Source: Candidatus Caldarchaeales archaeon
GTDB lineage: Archaea > Thermoproteota > Nitrososphaeria_A > Caldarchaeales > Calditenuaceae
Assembly (NCBI GenBank): GCA_039630085.1
Contig: JBCNVM010000010.1
Span: forward strand, 1-49,089
Direction of reading: 5' to 3'
DNA length: 49,089 bases
Positions 46,367 through 49,089 of the stretch are shown in pieces. The position numbers and the translations under genes are program-made. Position 1 is the first letter of the stretch. Each line of letters starts with the position of its first letter. The notes below the pieces were generated by a model that searched no databases, had not been told where the DNA came from, and saw only the letters and a list, made by a program, of their open reading frames with translations.

Positions 46367-46540
46367 TCAGATGTTATCGAAGTGCCGGCGAAGACGCTTC
46401 TCGATCTCCTTGGCCCGCACCCAGACGGTCATCCCGACGGCGTCGGTCTCCTCGACCACCCTGAAGCAGGTGACCGGAAGACCGTAGAGAGCGCCTATCA
46501 GGTAGGCCGTCTGGGGCGGGCACTTCTCCCTAGGGTTCAT
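46367..46540 (-). pseudogene. Short ORF with LAGLIDADG-helix-like motif (possible endonuclease remnant)
   Basis: MNPREKCPPQTAYLIGALYGLPVTCFRVVEETDAVGMTVWVRAKEIEKRLRRHFDNI (57 aa). Confidence 0.35.
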
Positions 46541-46550
46541 GCTCCTCGGT

Positions 46551-46811
46551 TTAGATGAAGCTGATGATCAGCGGCAGCACTAGGTTGGCGAAGACCAGCG
46601 CTATTAGGCCCCCCGCCACCAGCCTCCAGCCAAGGAACTCCTGGCGGAAGCCGACGGCGATAAGGAGCCCCAGCGCGATCATCGCGACGCTCAGCACGTT
46701 GACGATCGGCACAGAAGCCTCTAAGATCGACAGTGTGATCTCCCTAACCATCTGCGAAATCTGCTGACCGACCTCTCGCGCAGTTATCAGAGCGATCAAA
46801 TACGCGAACAT
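46551..46811 (-). CDS. Small two-TM membrane protein, VirB2/TrbC pilin-like
   Basis: Amphipathic helix plus two hydrophobic helices joined by GFRQEFLGWR; GGAGGTGA SD before the ATG. Confidence 0.55.
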   Translation of the reverse strand: MFAYLIALITAREVGQQISQMVREITLSILEASVPIVNVLSVAMIALGLLIAVGFRQEFLGWRLVAGGLIALVFANLVLPLIISFI

Positions 46812-47003
46812 GGCCCTCTCACCTCCACCCCTCGCGTCAACCCGTCCGAGCCGCCTCAGCGGGACTCCCGCCGTGGCTGGGCGGGGTTGCCCTCGGCGGC
46901 CCTTCATCCGGGTTTAAGCTCCGGGGCATGGGAAATGGTGCCCCGGCCCCTGTTTAATGGGGAAAAATTTTGAGGGGTGGAGGTTCGGGGCCGTCAGGAA
47001 ACG

Positions 47004-47459
47004 TCAGGATTTCCGCGATTCCTTCTCCTTCCTCGATGCGTACTGCATCGGGTTCTTTATGTTGACAGGACACAGCCTGCCGTTCTCGACGCAGAGTCCG
47101 TGCGTTCTCATCGTCTGACACGAAGGCACGGTGTACTTCGTCCTCGATCCTCTGAGCCCTGCAATATGTTCTACCTGATACCTCGCGACCCTCTCGTCGA
47201 AGTCCGGCCTCTGCGCGTAGAGTCCGATCACCTCGTCAACCGTGTGACCGGCGTTCAGCAGGTATGCCGCGACCCATCTGGTGTCCTCAGGAGCGCGTTC
47301 GTCTATCACGCGCTCGTATTTCCACCTGTAGAGCGTCTCGAGCTCTGGACGTTCTCGGCGGATGGCGTCCTCCAAAATCGGATAGGACCTCTTGACGACA
47401 TCGACGACGTAGGCCAGGACTTCCGCGTCGGTCTCAGGTTCAAACTCAGGGGATCCCAC
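47004..47459 (-). CDS. Stand-alone DNA primase large subunit (PriL) C-terminal domain with foreign N-terminus
   Basis: AYLLNAG..VDEVI.LY..RPDFDERVARYQVEHIAGLRGSRTKY..PSC.TMRTHGLC...C...IKNP. Confidence 0.8.
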   Translation of the reverse strand: MGSPEFEPETDAEVLAYVVDVVKRSYPILEDAIRRERPELETLYRWKYERVIDERAPEDTRWVAAYLLNAGHTVDEVIGLYAQRPDFDERVARYQVEHIAGLRGSRTKYTVPSCQTMRTHGLCVENGRLCPVNIKNPMQYASRKEKESRKS

Positions 47460-47557
47460 ACCACATCACCACACCATAGTGAGTTATGGCCTACTATAAA
47501 AAGCTACGGCCACTTGTAGCTCAAATGTAATTATATCACACATTCGGGGGTATTGTG

Positions 47558-47725
47558 ATGAGCGAGCAGAGGTTAAGAAAGACCACGATCGAGATCTCCG
47601 TCAAGACCAAGGAGCGCCTCCTGCGGCTCAAAATTCATCCACGGGAGACATACGATGATGTCATAAATCGCTTGATTGAAGCCTTCGAACGGAGTCGCAA
47701 ATCTCCGCCGGCGAAATCAGCATGA
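47558..47725 (+). CDS. Small RHH/antitoxin-like DNA-binding protein (55 aa)
   Basis: MSEQRLRKTTIEISVKTKERLLRLKIHPRETYDDVINRLIE...; TATA (AATTATA) upstream; missed by the ORF track. Confidence 0.75.
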   Translation: MSEQRLRKTTIEISVKTKERLLRLKIHPRETYDDVINRLIEAFERSRKSPPAKSA

Positions 47726-47990
47726 AGGCGGAGGTATCACGTCTCCGCCGGCCTCCCGGGCGCGGTGTGCCGATCGCGAGCATAGGGACCAAGACCATGC
47801 TGAGGAACGATCTTCGGAGCTGGGAAGAATATGAGAAGAGGGAAATGTCGGCTCATTTGCCACTCTCCGGGGCGCTTCGCGACTTCTTGGAAAACGCTGT
47901 CAGGTACGCAACAGGCTGGAGAAGATCGCTAGGAGGCATATCAGTCGGTGCGCTCTTAACAGCTTAAGAATGCAGAGGTTCATTCCGTTA

Positions 47991-48242
47991 CTATGTGGCC
48001 TGAGACCAGACGCGATCGAACTCCGGCCTATACTGTGAGGCTAGGCGCTCGCCGATGAGCACGATGTTCTCGTCGTTCCTGTCCTCCGCGGAGACCGAGA
48101 AATTATAGCTACCCGTTATAACCAGCCGGCCGTCTATGACAACGAACTTGTGGTGCATGAGGTCGGAGTCGCCGTCGAGAGCCTCGGCATGAACGCGAAT
48201 ATCGGCCCCGGATGAAAAGCGTGTCGTCCCTCTGTATCGTCG
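47991..48242 (-). pseudogene. Phospholipase D-family nuclease C-terminal remnant
   Basis: ...LMHHKFVVIDGRLVITGSYNFSVSAEDRNDEN...EFDRVW: HxKxxxxD + GSxN + E. The N-terminal half is missing. Confidence 0.75.
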
Positions 48243-48497
48243 TCACGGAATTGCCACTGCACGGATTTGAACTGAACGAAGCGGGGATCTCAGGTTACGT
48301 CGTCGGGGCATTCCATTCACGTTCTCGGGGGATATCCGTTCATTAAGCCCGAACATCGCCTCCGCCTTGATGAAGTCCCTGACAGCCATCCTGATAGCCT
48401 CGGATCTGTTCATATAGCGTCCGGCCTCGACCAGAGAGTCGATCGCCTCGAGATATGCATCAGGCATGTGAACGGCAACCACCCGCACCGTTATCAC
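48243..48497 (-). CDS. Ribbon-helix-helix (CopG/NikR-like) transcriptional regulator
   Basis: VVAVHMP..YLEAIDSLVEAGRYMNRSEAIRMAVRDF. Confidence 0.85.
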   Translation of the reverse strand: MITVRVVAVHMPDAYLEAIDSLVEAGRYMNRSEAIRMAVRDFIKAEAMFGLNERISPENVNGMPRRRNLRSPLRSVQIRAVAIP

Positions 48498-48639
48498 CTC
48501 GGAGGGTTCTGGAAGGGTGAATTAGATAAACATCCTGAGGGTCGGCTTGAATATGATGGGCGGGTTTGCATTTGATCTAGACATCTAATCCCTTTCGTGA
48601 GGGATTGTATTTAAGCTCAGTTAAACCCCCTCAATACGT

Positions 48640-48756
48640 CTAAAAAAGAAGTATCTTCTCACTGAAGGGCGGGGAAGAGGCGAGGCTGATGAAGACTAAA
48701 GCCGCGAGCGCGACCGAGGACGCAGTGCCCAGCGACTGCCTCCAGTTCAAGGCCAT
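48640..48756 (-). pseudogene. Truncated membrane gene following nuoJ (probable NuoJ C-terminal half)
   Basis: MALNWRQSLGTASSVALAALVFISLASSPPF, then AT-rich sequence and a stop; overlaps the nuoJ stop. Confidence 0.4.
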
Positions 48757-49007
48757 CACACCGTCTCGTCCTTCCTCCTGGTGAACATGAGCACGACCAT
48801 CAGCAGGGCCACAGCTCCCCCGGAGTAGGCGAGTATCTGGAAGAGCCCGACGAGGTGGGCGCCCATGACTACGAAGAGCAGTCCCAGTGAGGCCGTGAAG
48901 ACGAGAAACCAGAGCGCGGTCCTGACGAGGCTTCTGGTCTCGATGGACATGATCGCCGAGAGCGTCGCGAGCAGCAGAAGGGCGGCCTCGAGCAGTCCCG
49001 CGTCCAT
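48756..49007 (-). CDS. nuoJ: NADH-quinone oxidoreductase subunit J (N-terminal split form)
   Basis: LVRTALWF...LFVVMGAHLVGLFQILAYSGGAVALL. Confidence 0.78.
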   Translation of the reverse strand: MDAGLLEAALLLLATLSAIMSIETRSLVRTALWFLVFTASLGLLFVVMGAHLVGLFQILAYSGGAVALLMVVLMFTRRKDETV

Positions 49008-49089
49008 CGGGGACACTCACCCCCAGCCACAATTTTAGGTCTCCCGGCGAGCCTCGTTAGCCAAACCAATAAGGCCCCGGGAAGCCCTG

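Larger units (their letters stand above)
44183..48660. mobile_element. tRNA-adjacent lower-GC accessory island / decayed integrated element
   Basis: Abrupt composition and codon shift right after the tRNA 3' end; endonuclease, RHH genes, gene fragments. No integrase or exact att repeat in the window; right boundary uncertain. Confidence 0.65.

Overview
A high-GC, AGG-codon-rich thermophilic archaeal chromosome segment. Markers include class I LysRS, S19e, Dph2, PINA, CofE, leaderless TATA promoters, a BHB tRNA intron and C/D sRNAs; an Aigarchaeota/Caldarchaeales-like TACK lineage is inferred, not proven. Positions 1-44,180 are densely packed housekeeping and metabolic genes: glyA, mvk, a beta-CASP nuclease, gnd, carbamate kinase with a xanthine-dehydrogenase-type trio, dph2, grpE, orphan L22/L6/S19e, rpiA/rpiB, lutC/lutB, PINA, sfsA, cofE, apgM, dbh, lysS, moeB, and homocitrate synthase followed by an atypical carbamoyltransferase. 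The ORF track misses or obscures two box C/D guide RNAs, a small RING-like protein, a 41-aa Zn-ribbon protein and candidate Lrp/LysM-type operators. At 44,092-44,180 is a tRNA-Lys(CTT) with a 15-nt intron at position 30/31 and an unusual reversed A8:U14 tertiary pair. Directly behind it lies a lower-GC accessory island. The island carries a free-standing LAGLIDADG endonuclease with five HTH-like repeats and a hairpin-rich upstream region, a pilin-like membrane protein, a chimeric stand-alone primase PriL C-terminal domain, two small RHH/antitoxin-like proteins, a PLD-nuclease remnant and a truncated nuoJ pair. All functional calls come from motif recognition by eye; no searches were run.
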